Shown one piece after another: positions 47,133 through 59,366 of a stretch of 64,000 bases of DNA. The first letter of the stretch is position 1. Every line of letters begins with the position of its first letter. The stretch is from Escherichia coli (GTDB lineage Bacteria > Pseudomonadota > Gammaproteobacteria > Enterobacterales > Enterobacteriaceae). A program made the position numbers and the translations under genes. The stretch lies in the NCBI RefSeq assembly GCF_051903065.1, contig NZ_CP178438.1; one strand, 5' to 3'. The notes under the pieces are model-generated. The model worked only from the letters and a program-made list of their open reading frames with translations, was not told where the DNA came from and did not search any database.

Positions 47133-47906
47133 ATGGCGCGTAAATGGTTAAATCTGGTTGCCGGAGCGGCACTCTCTTTCACTGTTGCTGGCAATGCACT
47201 GGCGGACGAAGGGAAAATCACGGTTTTTGCGGCAGCATCGCTGACGAACGCAATGCAGGACATTGCTACGCAGTATAAAAAAGAGAAAGGCGTGGGTGTG
47301 GTTTCTTCTTTTGCCTCGTCTTCTACCCTGGCCCGTCAGATTGAAGCGGGTGCGCCTGCGGATCTGTTTATTTCTGCCGATCAGAAATGGATGGATTATG
47401 CGGTTGATAAAAAAGCGATCGATACAGCTACGCGTCAGACACTGCTCGGCAATAGCCTGGTCGTTGTAGCACCGAAAGCCAGCGAGCAGAAAGATTTCAT
47501 CATCGACAGCAAAACTAACTGGACTTCGCTGCTGAATGGCGGTCGTCTGGCTGTTGGCGATCCTGAACATGTTCCTGCTGGCATTTATGCGAAAGAAGCA
47601 CTGCAAAAACTGGGCGCATGGGATACGCTCTCTCCGAAACTGGCCCCAGCGGAAGATGTACGTGGGGCGCTGGCGCTGGTCGAACGTAACGAAGCGCCTC
47701 TGGGCATTGTCTACGGTTCTGACGCAGTTGCCAGCAAAGGGGTAAAAGTAGTCGCCACCTTCCCGGAAGATTCGCATAAAAAAGTGGAATATCCGGTTGC
47801 TGTCGTGGAAGGACATAACAACGCCACGGTGAAAGCATTTTATGATTATTTGAAAGGGCCGCAGGCAGCGGAAATCTTTAAACGTTACGGATTTACAACT
47901 AAGTAA
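47133..47906 (+). CDS. modA: Molybdate ABC transporter periplasmic binding protein
   Basis: 257-aa ORF with signal peptide. Confidence 0.95.
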   Translation: MARKWLNLVAGAALSFTVAGNALADEGKITVFAAASLTNAMQDIATQYKKEKGVGVVSSFASSSTLARQIEAGAPADLFISADQKWMDYAVDKKAIDTATRQTLLGNSLVVVAPKASEQKDFIIDSKTNWTSLLNGGRLAVGDPEHVPAGIYAKEALQKLGAWDTLSPKLAPAEDVRGALALVERNEAPLGIVYGSDAVASKGVKVVATFPEDSHKKVEYPVAVVEGHNNATVKAFYDYLKGPQAAEIFKRYGFTTK

Positions 47907-48595
47907 TGATACTGACCGATCCAGAATGGCAGGCGGTTTTGCTAAGCCTGAAAGTTTCTTCCCTGGCTGTGCTGTTTAGCCTGCCGTTTGGGATCTTTTT
48001 TGCCTGGTTACTGGTGCGTTGCACGTTTCCGGGCAAATCTCTGCTCGACAGCGTACTGCATCTACCGCTGGTGTTACCGCCCGTGGTCGTCGGTTACTTA
48101 TTATTAGTTTCGATGGGGCGGCGCGGATTTATCGGTGAACGTCTGTATGACTGGTTTGGTATAACCTTCGCCTTTAGCTGGCGCGGCGCGGTTCTCGCTG
48201 CCGCCGTCATGTCGTTTCCGCTGATGGTGCGGGCAATTCGTCTGGCGCTGGAAGGGGTTGATGTCAAACTGGAACAGGCCGCAAGAACACTGGGGGCCGG
48301 GCGCTGGCGCGTTTTCTTTACTATCACGTTACCGCTGACCTTACCGGGAATTATTGTTGGTACGGTACTGGCTTTTGCTCGTTCTCTCGGTGAATTTGGC
48401 GCAACCATCACCTTTGTGTCGAACATTCCTGGTGAAACGCGAACCATTCCTTCTGCCATGTATACCCTGATTCAGACCCCCGGCGGGGAAAGTGGCGCAG
48501 CGAGACTGTGCATTATTTCTATTGCGCTGGCGATGATCTCCCTGTTGATTTCAGAATGGCTGGCCAGAATCAGCCGTGAACGGGCGGGGCGCTAA
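47906..48595 (+). CDS. modB: Molybdate ABC transporter permease
   Basis: 229-aa membrane ORF; start overlaps modA stop. Confidence 0.95.
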   Translation: MILTDPEWQAVLLSLKVSSLAVLFSLPFGIFFAWLLVRCTFPGKSLLDSVLHLPLVLPPVVVGYLLLVSMGRRGFIGERLYDWFGITFAFSWRGAVLAAAVMSFPLMVRAIRLALEGVDVKLEQAARTLGAGRWRVFFTITLPLTLPGIIVGTVLAFARSLGEFGATITFVSNIPGETRTIPSAMYTLIQTPGGESGAARLCIISIALAMISLLISEWLARISRERAGR

Positions 48596-48597
48596 TC

Positions 48598-49656
48598 ATG
48601 CTGGAACTGAATTTTTCCCAGACGTTGGGCAACCATTGCCTGACTATTAATGAAACGCTGCCCGCCAATGGCATCACTGCTATCTTTGGCGTCTCCGGTG
48701 CCGGAAAAACTTCGCTGATTAACGCCATCAGTGGACTGACGCGCCCGCAAAAAGGGAGGATTGTCCTCAATGGTCGGGTACTAAATGATGCCGAAAAAGG
48801 TATCTGCCTGACGCCAGAAAAGCGTCGCGTTGGCTATGTTTTTCAGGATGCGCGGCTGTTTCCGCATTACAAAGTGCGTGGCAATCTGCGCTACGGCATG
48901 GCGAAAAGCATGGTCGATCAGTTCGATAAGCTGGTGGCGCTTTTAGGCATTGAACCGTTGCTTGACCGTTTACCAGGCAGCCTGTCCGGAGGCGAAAAAC
49001 AGCGCGTAGCGATTGGGCGGGCTTTGCTGACGGCACCAGAATTGCTGTTGCTGGATGAACCGCTGGCGTCACTGGATATTCCGCGTAAACGCGAACTGTT
49101 GCCTTATCTGCAACGTCTGACGCGGGAAATCAACATCCCGATGTTGTATGTCAGCCATTCGCTGGATGAGATCCTCCATCTGGCAGACAGAGTGATGGTA
49201 CTGGAAAACGGTCAGGTGAAAGCCTTTGGCGCGCTGGAAGAAGTCTGGGGTAGTAGCGTGATGAATCCGTGGCTGCCGAAAGAGCAACAAAGTAGCATTC
49301 TGAAAGTGACGGTACTTGAGCATCATCCGCATTACGCGATGACTGCGCTGGCGCTGGGCGATCAGCATTTGTGGGTCAATAAGCTGGACGAACCGCTGCA
49401 AGCTGCGCTACGTATCCGCATTCAGGCTTCCGATGTTTCTCTGGTTTTACAACCGCCGCAGCAAACCAGCATTCGTAACGTATTGCGGGCAAAAGTTGTT
49501 AATAGTTATGACGACAACGGCCAGGTAGAAGTGGAGCTGGAAGTCGGCGGTAAAACGCTGTGGGCGCGTATCAGCCCGTGGGCCAGGGATGAACTGGCGA
49601 TCAAACCTGGCCTGTGGCTGTACGCGCAAATTAAAAGTGTGTCGATAACCGCCTGA
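48598..49656 (+). CDS. modC: Molybdate ABC transporter ATPase
   Basis: 352-aa ORF with Walker [10 protein letters not shown] and ABC signature LSGGEKQR. Confidence 0.95.
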   Translation: MLELNFSQTLGNHCLTINETLPANGITAIFGVSGAGKTSLINAISGLTRPQKGRIVLNGRVLNDAEKGICLTPEKRRVGYVFQDARLFPHYKVRGNLRYGMAKSMVDQFDKLVALLGIEPLLDRLPGSLSGGEKQRVAIGRALLTAPELLLLDEPLASLDIPRKRELLPYLQRLTREINIPMLYVSHSLDEILHLADRVMVLENGQVKAFGALEEVWGSSVMNPWLPKEQQSSILKVTVLEHHPHYAMTALALGDQHLWVNKLDEPLQAALRIRIQASDVSLVLQPPQQTSIRNVLRAKVVNSYDDNGQVEVELEVGGKTLWARISPWARDELAIKPGLWLYAQIKSVSITA

Positions 49657-50475
49657 TTAAATCAGGTGGCTATAAATGAACTGGGCAATGCTGTCGGTGG
49701 TGTTATCACCAATCACAATGTTGGCGCGCGCTTTTACCGCGTCATCGGCGTTGCCCATCGCCACGCCTGTACCAGCGGCCTCCAGCATACTGATATCATT
49801 AAAGTTATCGCCGAACGCCACGACGTTTTCCATCGACCAGCCTTGCGCCTCAACCCATTTCGTCAAACGTTTACCTTTGCTGTTGCCGCCGCGTGCAATA
49901 TCAACCTGATCGTGCCAGGACCATTCACACTCCAGTCCCAGTTCATGTTCGACATGCTTACCAAAATGCTGCAATTGCGGCAGGTCATCGTGCGTCAGGG
50001 CGAACTTCCATACGGCGTTAACTTGTTGCGCCGTTTCAGCCAGAGAAGCGACTTGTGTGAAAGTCGGACGCTGTTCCGGCGGCAGGGTTTGCGCCCAGTT
50101 AGACGTGCGAATGACATGCCCGGTCGGGTGCTCATAGACCATTGCATCATCCACATACATCAGACCGTGAATGTGGTGTTCATTCAGCATCTCAATGAGT
50201 TGCAGGGCTTTATTAACGGGCATTGGGTCCGCTTCCAGCACGGTTTTTGCATGATAATCATACAAATAGGTGCCATTACAGCAAATAGCAGGTGTATCCA
50301 GCGCCAGCGCCTGATAAAAAGGATGAATAGCGACGTGATGGCGACCTGTGACGATGATTAATTGATAGCCTGCTTCGCGAGCGCGGGCCAGGGCTTCTAT
50401 CGATGAAGGAAGCAGGGTCTTTTTCGGGGTCAATAAGGTGCCGTCTAAGTCGAGAGCAATCACGCGTGTGGTCAT
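49657..50475 (-). CDS. ybhA: HAD-family sugar-phosphate/pyridoxal-phosphate phosphatase
   Basis: Start placed at MTTRVIALDLDGTLL (HAD motif I); the ORF track extends 34 codons upstream. Confidence 0.9.
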   Translation of the reverse strand: MTTRVIALDLDGTLLTPKKTLLPSSIEALARAREAGYQLIIVTGRHHVAIHPFYQALALDTPAICCNGTYLYDYHAKTVLEADPMPVNKALQLIEMLNEHHIHGLMYVDDAMVYEHPTGHVIRTSNWAQTLPPEQRPTFTQVASLAETAQQVNAVWKFALTHDDLPQLQHFGKHVEHELGLECEWSWHDQVDIARGGNSKGKRLTKWVEAQGWSMENVVAFGDNFNDISMLEAAGTGVAMGNADDAVKARANIVIGDNTTDSIAQFIYSHLI

Positions 50476-50593
50476 GGCGTATTCCAGATTAAGGTTAAGA
50501 ATTTTCGTCTGCGCGAATGGTACACCGATACCACTATCGGACAAAATTCTGCGTTTTAATTCAGCATTCACCGCCAAAAGCGACTAATTTTAG

Positions 50594-51625
<1,032 letters not shown>

Positions 51626-51665
51626 CCGCTGATTTACCCGGCGCAGCCTCTCCTGCGCCGGTGTA

Positions 51666-52619
51666 TTAACCTATCTCCTGTAACGCATGTCTCTGGCGTT
51701 CGACGATATTGGTCCACAAATTGTCTTTATCGTCAGTCCACAAATTAATCAGCAAGGCAAAAAAGCGTTCAGCTGCCGGAGAAAGCACGGCATCTTTGCG
51801 GCGAATAATCCCCAATGTCCGACGTATAACGGGTTCCACCAGTGGGATACCAATAATCGAAGAATAGGGCGCATGGGGCATTGCCAGACCAGGAAGCGCT
51901 GAAATCCCCAGTCCTGCCTCCACCAGTCCTAATGACGTCGAAAGATGACGCACTTCGTAAAACCAGTCCAGCTTCCAGGGCTTGTCGGCTAGCTGTTGTT
52001 CTATCAACAGTCGGTTGCCGCTGGAGGAGCGTACGCCAATCATTTTGTAACCCACTAACTCCTGCCATTCTACAAGCTGCTTTTTGGCCAATGGATGGTC
52101 ACGCCGACAGGCCAGCACGAACGGCTCGTTGACCAGTGGGCTAAAATCAATGGATGAATTTGTGACGTTGTTCATGTTTATGCCAAAGTCTGATTCGTTA
52201 CATAGCACCGATTCCATGCAATTATTCGTGCCTTGTTCCAGAATCCGCACTTTAATATTGGGATACAGCTCATTAAATTTACCGATTGCCAGCGGTAAAA
52301 AATAAAATACTGCGGTCGGAATACACGCTAACGTCACCATACCACGATGATAAGCATTCATATCACGAATATTAAAAAGCGTTTCATCGAATTTCTTTAT
52401 TAATTCCCGCGCCTCCGGGAGCAACCTTTTTCCTGCTTTTGTTAACGTAACCTTGCGAGTTGTACGCTCAAATAGTTGAATATGTAAATCTTCCTCCATC
52501 TTTTTTATTCTTCGCGTTAATGCAGGTTGCGTAATGTTGAGTAATTTAGCGGCATTGTTAAATGAACTGGACTCTGCCAGTATGACAAATGCCTTCATAC
52601 TTGATAATTCATGCTTCAT
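51666..52619 (-). CDS. ybhD: LysR-family transcriptional regulator, divergent from ybhHIJ
   Basis: Start placed at MKHELSSMKAFVILAESSSF; N-terminal HTH. Confidence 0.85.
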   Translation of the reverse strand: MKHELSSMKAFVILAESSSFNNAAKLLNITQPALTRRIKKMEEDLHIQLFERTTRKVTLTKAGKRLLPEARELIKKFDETLFNIRDMNAYHRGMVTLACIPTAVFYFLPLAIGKFNELYPNIKVRILEQGTNNCMESVLCNESDFGINMNNVTNSSIDFSPLVNEPFVLACRRDHPLAKKQLVEWQELVGYKMIGVRSSSGNRLLIEQQLADKPWKLDWFYEVRHLSTSLGLVEAGLGISALPGLAMPHAPYSSIIGIPLVEPVIRRTLGIIRRKDAVLSPAAERFFALLINLWTDDKDNLWTNIVERQRHALQEIG

Positions 52620-52802
52620 TATTACTCCGGAAAATGGAAGCGTTGATTTTGGGTGGCTGGCCGTTAAAAATTTTAACTGCATTTAGCCAACTTAAATTAA
52701 TGAAAAAATGTTATTAATCGTTGAGCTAAAGTCATTAGAGATGCTTTGCCCTTAATGTAACCATATCGCAATAAGTTATGTTTTTAAATTGAGGGCATTA
52801 TT

Positions 52803-53855
52803 ATGAAAAAAATACCCTGCGTGATGATGCGAGGTGGAACCTCGAGGGGCGCGTTCCTGTTAGCGGAACATTTACCCGAAGATCAAACGCAGCGCGATAA
52901 AATATTGATGGCAATTATGGGTTCCGGTAACGATCTGGAAATTGACGGTATTGGCGGCGGTAATCCGCTGACCAGTAAAGTCGCCATTATTAGCCGTTCC
53001 AGCGATCCGCGTGCTGATGTCGATTATCTGTTTGCTCAAGTTATCGTCCATGAGCAACGTGTCGATACCACGCCTAACTGCGGCAATATGCTGTCTGGCG
53101 TTGGGGCATTCGCCATTGAAAATGGTTTGATTGCAGCGACTTCGCCAGTTACCCGCGTACGTATCCGCAACGTCAATACGGGTACGTTTATCGAAGCTGA
53201 TGTGCAAACACCAAATGGTGTTGTCGAGTACGAGGGTAGCGCCAGAATTGACGGCGTACCGGGTACTGCCGCACCGGTTGCGCTCACTTTCCTGAATGCC
53301 GCTGGAACGAAAACCGGAAAAGTTTTCCCGACTGATAATCAGATTGATTATTTTGACGATGTCCCGGTGACCTGTATCGATATGGCGATGCCAGTCGTCA
53401 TTATTCCGGCTGAATATCTGGGAAAAACAGGCTATGAATTACCGGCGGAACTGGATGCCGACAAAGCATTATTAGCCCGCATTGAATCTATCCGTCTACA
53501 AGCGGGTAAAGCAATGGGCTTAGGTGATGTCAGTAATATGGTTATCCCTAAACCTGTGCTTATTTCTCCAGCGCAGAAAGGCGGGGCAATTAATGTGCGT
53601 TATTTTATGCCGCATTCTTGCCATCGCGCGTTGGCGATAACCGGTGCTATTGCTATTTCCAGTAGTTGTGCATTGGAAGGCACCGTCACCCGACAAATCA
53701 TCCCTTCTGTAGGATATGGCAATATCAATATTGAACACCCCAGTGGTGCGCTCGACGTTCATTTAAGTAATGAAGGTCAGGATGCCACGACGTTACGCTC
53801 ATCTGTTATTCGGACGACCAGAAAAATATTTTCCGGTGAAGTTTATCTTCCCTGA
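52803..53855 (+). CDS. ybhH: PrpF/AcnD-accessory-family putative isomerase
   Basis: 350-aa ORF starting MKKIPCVMMRGGTSRG, characteristic of the PrpF-like fold. Confidence 0.85.
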   Translation: MKKIPCVMMRGGTSRGAFLLAEHLPEDQTQRDKILMAIMGSGNDLEIDGIGGGNPLTSKVAIISRSSDPRADVDYLFAQVIVHEQRVDTTPNCGNMLSGVGAFAIENGLIAATSPVTRVRIRNVNTGTFIEADVQTPNGVVEYEGSARIDGVPGTAAPVALTFLNAAGTKTGKVFPTDNQIDYFDDVPVTCIDMAMPVVIIPAEYLGKTGYELPAELDADKALLARIESIRLQAGKAMGLGDVSNMVIPKPVLISPAQKGGAINVRYFMPHSCHRALAITGAIAISSSCALEGTVTRQIIPSVGYGNINIEHPSGALDVHLSNEGQDATTLRSSVIRTTRKIFSGEVYLP

Positions 53856-53930
53856 AAAGATTCGTTGTCAGGATAAGGACAATCAATAAAGGACTTCTGT
53901 ATGAGTCATACAGAAAGAACAGGATTTTAA

Positions 53931-55364
53931 ATGAATAAGAAATCGTTATGGAAGCTAATTCTGATATTAGCGATCCCATGTATTATTGGCTTTATGCCAG
54001 CTCCGGCAGGATTAAGCGAACTGGCGTGGGTGCTTTTTGGTATTTACCTGGCGGCCATTGTGGGGCTGGTTATCAAGCCTTTCCCGGAACCTGTCGTACT
54101 GTTAATTGCCGTTGCTGCCTCCATGGTGGTGGTCGGTAACTTATCCGACGGTGCGTTTAAAACCACCGCCGTATTAAGCGGTTACTCTTCAGGTACTACC
54201 TGGCTGGTGTTCTCGGCGTTTACCTTAAGCGCCGCATTTGTGACCACCGGTTTAGGTAAACGTATTGCCTATCTGCTGATTGGTAAAATCGGTAACACCA
54301 CGCTGGGTCTGGGTTACGTTACGGTATTCCTCGATCTGGTACTGGCTCCGGCAACACCGTCTAACACCGCGCGTGCGGGCGGCATTGTGTTACCGATCAT
54401 CAACAGCGTGGCGGTGGCTTTGGGGTCCGAACCGGAAAAAAGTCCGCGTCGTGTCGGACATTACCTGATGATGTCCATTTACATGGTCACCAAAACCACC
54501 AGCTATATGTTCTTTACCGCAATGGCGGGGAACATTCTGGCGCTGAAAATGATCAACGACATTCTGCACCTGCAAATTAGCTGGGGTGGATGGGCGCTGG
54601 CCGCCGGATTGCCGGGCATCATTATGCTGCTGGTCACCCCGCTGGTGATTTACACCATGTATCCACCAGAAATTAAGAAGGTGGATAACAAAACCATCGC
54701 TAAAGCGGGCCTTGCCGAACTGGGACCGATGAAAATCCGCGAAAAAATGCTGCTCGGTGTCTTTGTGCTGGCGCTGCTGGGCTGGATTTTCAGTAAGTCT
54801 CTGGGGGTTGATGAATCCACCGTGGCAATCGTTGTTATGGCGACCATGCTGCTGCTGGGTATCGTTACCTGGGAAGACGTGGTTAAAAATAAAGGCGGCT
54901 GGAATACCTTAATCTGGTACGGCGGTATTATCGGCTTAAGCTCCTTATTATCGAAAGTTAAATTTTTCGAATGGTTAGCTGAAGTCTTTAAAAATAACCT
55001 GGCATTTGATGGTCACGGTAACGTTGCTTTCTTCGTTATTATTTTCCTCAGCATCATCGTGCGTTATTTCTTCGCTTCCGGTAGTGCCTATATCGTTGCT
55101 ATGTTACCGGTATTTGCCATGCTGGCGAACGTCTCCGGCGCACCGTTAATGTTAACCGCGCTGGCACTGTTGTTCTCCAACTCCTATGGCGGCATGGTTA
55201 CTCACTATGGCGGCGCGGCAGGTCCGGTCATCTTTGGCGTGGGTTACAACGATATTAAATCCTGGTGGTTGGTCGGTGCGGTACTGACGATATTAACCTT
55301 CCTGGTGCATATCACCCTCGGCGTGTGGTGGTGGAATATGCTGATCGGCTGGAACATGCTGTAA
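53931..55364 (+). CDS. ybhI: Putative di/tricarboxylate transporter (DASS/SLC13-like)
   Basis: 477-aa polytopic membrane ORF. Confidence 0.85.
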   Translation: MNKKSLWKLILILAIPCIIGFMPAPAGLSELAWVLFGIYLAAIVGLVIKPFPEPVVLLIAVAASMVVVGNLSDGAFKTTAVLSGYSSGTTWLVFSAFTLSAAFVTTGLGKRIAYLLIGKIGNTTLGLGYVTVFLDLVLAPATPSNTARAGGIVLPIINSVAVALGSEPEKSPRRVGHYLMMSIYMVTKTTSYMFFTAMAGNILALKMINDILHLQISWGGWALAAGLPGIIMLLVTPLVIYTMYPPEIKKVDNKTIAKAGLAELGPMKIREKMLLGVFVLALLGWIFSKSLGVDESTVAIVVMATMLLLGIVTWEDVVKNKGGWNTLIWYGGIIGLSSLLSKVKFFEWLAEVFKNNLAFDGHGNVAFFVIIFLSIIVRYFFASGSAYIVAMLPVFAMLANVSGAPLMLTALALLFSNSYGGMVTHYGGAAGPVIFGVGYNDIKSWWLVGAVLTILTFLVHITLGVWWWNMLIGWNML

Positions 55365-55546
55365 ATATACTCGTCATACTTCAAGTTGCATGTGCTGCGT
55401 CTGCGTTCGCTCACCCCAGTCACTTACTTATGTAAGCTCCTGGGGATTCACTCGCTTGTCGCCTTCCTGCTACTCGAATTATTTAGAGTATATCCATTTA
55501 TTATCTTTCTGCGCACTTCACGGTGCGCAGATATCTGGAGCATTTG

Positions 55547-57808
55547 ATGATCAAGTTATCTGAAAAAGGCGTGTTTCTCGCCAGTAATAACGAAATAATT
55601 GCCGAAGAACATTTCACCGGCGAAATTAAAAAAGAAGAAGCCAAAAAAGGCACTATTGCCTGGTCTATTCTCTCTTCTCATAATACGTCCGGAAATATGG
55701 ATAAACTTAAAATTAAGTTTGATTCATTAGCCTCTCACGATATTACCTTTGTTGGTATTGTACAGACCGCTAAAGCGTCCGGTATGGAACGTTTCCCGCT
55801 GCCGTATGTGCTGACCAACTGCCATAACTCACTTTGCGCCGTCGGCGGCACCATTAACGGTGATGACCATGTTTTTGGTTTATCGGCGGCTCAGCGTTAT
55901 GGCGGTATTTTTGTGCCTCCGCATATTGCGGTCATCCATCAATATATGCGTGAGATGATGGCAGGTGGCGGCAAAATGATCCTCGGGTCAGACAGCCACA
56001 CCCGCTACGGTGCATTAGGGACAATGGCAGTCGGTGAGGGCGGCGGTGAGTTGGTAAAACAGCTGCTTAATGACACCTGGGATATCGACTATCCGGGAGT
56101 TGTTGCGGTGCATCTGACCGGAAAACCAGCGCCGTATGTTGGGCCGCAGGATGTGGCGCTGGCTATCATCGGTGCCGTGTTCAAAAACGGCTACGTCAAA
56201 AACAAAGTGATGGAATTCGTAGGTCCCGGTGTTGCTGCGCTCTCTACCGATTTCCGTAACAGCGTTGACGTTATGACCACTGAAACGACCTGTTTAAGTT
56301 CTGTCTGGCAAACCGATGAAGAAGTCCATAACTGGCTGGCGCTGCACGGTCGCGGCCAGGATTACTGCCAGCTTAACCCTCAACCGATGGCGTACTACGA
56401 TGGCTGCATCAGCGTTGATTTAAGCGCCATCAAACCAATGATTGCGCTGCCGTTCCACCCGAGCAACGTGTATGAAATCGACACACTGAACCAGAACCTG
56501 ACCGACATTCTGCGTGAGATTGAAATTGAGTCCGAACGCGTGGCGCACGGTAAAGCCAAACTCTCGCTGCTGGATAAAGTGGAAAATGGTCGCCTGAAAG
56601 TGCAGCAGGGGATTATCGCGGGCTGTTCTGGCGGTAACTACGAAAACGTCATCGCGGCGGCGAATGCACTGCGCGGTCAATCTTGTGGCAATGACACCTT
56701 CTCGTTGGCGGTTTACCCGTCATCACAGCCGGTGTTTATGGACTTAGCCAAAAAAGGTGTGGTAGCAGATTTGATTGGCGCAGGCGCAATTATCAGAACC
56801 GCGTTCTGCGGCCCATGCTTTGGCGCGGGCGATACGCCAATCAACAACGGTTTAAGTATTCGCCACACCACGCGTAACTTCCCGAACCGCGAAGGCTCTA
56901 AGCCAGCTAATGGGCAGATGTCAGCGGTGGCGTTGATGGACGCTCGTTCTATCGCTGCGACTGCGGCAAACGGTGGCTATTTAACCTCTGCCAGCGAACT
57001 TGATTGCTGGGACAACGTGCCGGAGTACGCCTTCGATGTAACGCCGTATAAAAATCGCGTCTATCAAGGATTTGTGAAAGGGGCGACCCAGCAACCGCTG
57101 ATTTACGGACCGAACATTAAAGACTGGCCGGAATTGGGTGCGCTGACTGACAATATCGTCCTCAAAGTGTGCTCGAAGATCCTCGACGAAGTGACCACCA
57201 CCGACGAACTGATCCCTTCCGGTGAAACCTCTTCTTATCGTTCAAATCCGATTGGTCTGGCGGAGTTTACCCTGTCTCGCCGCGATCCAGGTTATGTTGG
57301 CAGAAGTAAAGCGACTGCTGAGCTGGAAAATCAGCGTCTGGCGGGGAATGTCAGCGAGCTGACAGAGGTGTTTGCGCGCATTAAGCAGATTGCTGGTCAG
57401 GAGCATATTGATCCGCTGCAAACTGAAATTGGCAGCATGGTCTATGCGGTGAAACCAGGCGATGGTTCTGCGCGTGAACAGGCGGCGAGCTGCCAGCGTG
57501 TGATTGGCGGTCTGGCGAATATTGCCGAGGAGTACGCGACTAAACGCTACCGTTCTAACGTCATCAACTGGGGGATGTTACCGCTGCAGATGGCGGAAGT
57601 GCCAACCTTTGAAGTGGGGGATTACATTTACATCCCTGGCATTAAAGCGGCGCTGGATAATCCGGGTACGACGTTTAAAGGTTATGTGATCCATGAAGAT
57701 GCGCCGGTAACGGAAATTACGCTCTATATGGAAAGTCTGACTGCTGAAGAGCGCGAGATTATCAAGGCGGGTAGTTTGATTAACTTCAATAAAAACCGTC
57801 AGATGTAA
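55547..57808 (+). CDS. ybhJ: Aconitase-family protein (putative hydratase)
   Basis: Start placed at MIKLSEKG; large ORF with aconitase-like Cys-containing catalytic region and swivel domain. Confidence 0.85.
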   Translation: MIKLSEKGVFLASNNEIIAEEHFTGEIKKEEAKKGTIAWSILSSHNTSGNMDKLKIKFDSLASHDITFVGIVQTAKASGMERFPLPYVLTNCHNSLCAVGGTINGDDHVFGLSAAQRYGGIFVPPHIAVIHQYMREMMAGGGKMILGSDSHTRYGALGTMAVGEGGGELVKQLLNDTWDIDYPGVVAVHLTGKPAPYVGPQDVALAIIGAVFKNGYVKNKVMEFVGPGVAALSTDFRNSVDVMTTETTCLSSVWQTDEEVHNWLALHGRGQDYCQLNPQPMAYYDGCISVDLSAIKPMIALPFHPSNVYEIDTLNQNLTDILREIEIESERVAHGKAKLSLLDKVENGRLKVQQGIIAGCSGGNYENVIAAANALRGQSCGNDTFSLAVYPSSQPVFMDLAKKGVVADLIGAGAIIRTAFCGPCFGAGDTPINNGLSIRHTTRNFPNREGSKPANGQMSAVALMDARSIAATAANGGYLTSASELDCWDNVPEYAFDVTPYKNRVYQGFVKGATQQPLIYGPNIKDWPELGALTDNIVLKVCSKILDEVTTTDELIPSGETSSYRSNPIGLAEFTLSRRDPGYVGRSKATAELENQRLAGNVSELTEVFARIKQIAGQEHIDPLQTEIGSMVYAVKPGDGSAREQAASCQRVIGGLANIAEEYATKRYRSNVINWGMLPLQMAEVPTFEVGDYIYIPGIKAALDNPGTTFKGYVIHEDAPVTEITLYMESLTAEEREIIKAGSLINFNKNRQM

Positions 57809-57821
57809 AAAGCGCCATGTG

Positions 57822-57937
<116 letters not shown>

Positions 57938-57948
57938 GTTAATAGCTC

Positions 57949-59232
57949 TTACTTCTTCGCCTCTGCAACCACTTTGCTACCCACGCCGCGATTATTGTAT
58001 TCCCACATGCGGTTGTAGTTAGTGTCATTCAGATTGCGCTGTATTTCGTCGCTATCGTCAACGCTGCCGGTATTACCCGCAAATGGACGATTGGAAATCA
58101 CCGCATCGCCCCACGGTTTAACCGTGTTAAAACCTTCGTTGATGGCGCTATCACGGATCACCACCTGACCGTTGGTATTGGCATCAACATCCAGCGAGCG
58201 GCCCAGTTGTGCCACGCCATCACCGGAAGCATTGAAACGGCTGTTTACGGCGAGGAAACCGTAATAGATGTTGGACAGCGTAGCCGGTGCAAACACATAC
58301 GCTTCTTGCTGAGTACGTGAGTTCACCACGCGGAATTCGGTGTTATCGAACACCACTGCGCCGCGACCAGAAACGATATCCACATCCCCTTCAATATAGC
58401 TGTTGGTCACCAGCGTACGCGGCTGACGGTTGGTTTCCAGACGGTTCTGCACACCGCTGTTGGTGACAAAGAAGGTGTTCTGACGACCGAGAATGTTAAC
58501 GTTGTTAATCTGTACCTGGTCACCGTCAGTACGCAGTGCCACCGCCGGATGGTTACCTGCATCTACGCTATCGCCCAGCGTGTTTTCGATGGTCAGATTT
58601 TGCAGTTGCAGGCCATTGTTTTGTGACCAGAAGACCGCAGAACACAGAACACCGATACTGTCGCTGCGTTTGCTCTGGCAGCTATCGTACATATACCACG
58701 CTGGTTTACCTGGCATATATTTGCCGCGCGGGTTGACGTCGTGACGCCAGTCGGCAGGGCTCATGCCACCATCAAGGGAAAGCCCAATCTTCACATCAAT
58801 CGGTTTTTCACCTGTACCGTACAGAGTAATTCCACCCGGGGCGGCAGGGACATACACCGTTCCCTGATACTCACCAGGCATCACGGCAATATACTGGCGC
58901 TTGTTGGTACGCTTGATAATTGCCGCATCTACCGCCGCCTGAATCGTGGTATGCGTTACACCTTGAGTACCCGCCGGGCCGACAACAAAGTCAGGTTGTG
59001 TAGGCAGGGTAATCGGGGAAGGATTCCACGCTGCAGCACCTGGTGTCAGGGATGCAAAATAGTGTTGAGCATCGAAATTCTGCGCTTCTTTTGCCGACAG
59101 AATCGGGCGAGAAGAGGTACCAGGCGCAGTTTGATCAGAAGGACGTTGATCGGGTGGTGTTGAGCTACAGGCGGTCAGCGTCACGCCAAAAGCCAATGCC
59201 AGCGCCAGACGGGAAACTGAAAATGTGTTCAC
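57949..59232 (-). CDS. ybhC: Outer-membrane lipoprotein acyl-CoA thioesterase (pectinesterase-like fold)
   Basis: 427-aa ORF with lipoprotein signal (LTACSS). Confidence 0.9.
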   Translation of the reverse strand: MNTFSVSRLALALAFGVTLTACSSTPPDQRPSDQTAPGTSSRPILSAKEAQNFDAQHYFASLTPGAAAWNPSPITLPTQPDFVVGPAGTQGVTHTTIQAAVDAAIIKRTNKRQYIAVMPGEYQGTVYVPAAPGGITLYGTGEKPIDVKIGLSLDGGMSPADWRHDVNPRGKYMPGKPAWYMYDSCQSKRSDSIGVLCSAVFWSQNNGLQLQNLTIENTLGDSVDAGNHPAVALRTDGDQVQINNVNILGRQNTFFVTNSGVQNRLETNRQPRTLVTNSYIEGDVDIVSGRGAVVFDNTEFRVVNSRTQQEAYVFAPATLSNIYYGFLAVNSRFNASGDGVAQLGRSLDVDANTNGQVVIRDSAINEGFNTVKPWGDAVISNRPFAGNTGSVDDSDEIQRNLNDTNYNRMWEYNNRGVGSKVVAEAKK

Positions 59233-59278
59233 AGGTTGCTCCGGGCTATGAAATAGAAAAATGAATCCGTTGAAGCCT

Positions 59279-59366
59279 GCTTTTTTATACTAAGTTGGCC
59301 TTATAAAAAAGCATTGCTTATCAATTTGTTGCAACGAACAGGTCACTATCAGTCAAAATAAAATCA
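59279..59366. other. Lambda attL: bacterial B arm, 15-bp core GCTTTTTTATACTAA (59279-59293), then phage P' arm
   Basis: Host-side sequence CTGC + core as in attB, followed by GTTGGCCTTATAAAAAAGCATTGCTTATCAATTTGTTGCAACGAACAGGTCACTATCAGTCAAAATAAAATCATTATTTGATTTC, recognised as the lambda P' arm. Confidence 0.85.
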
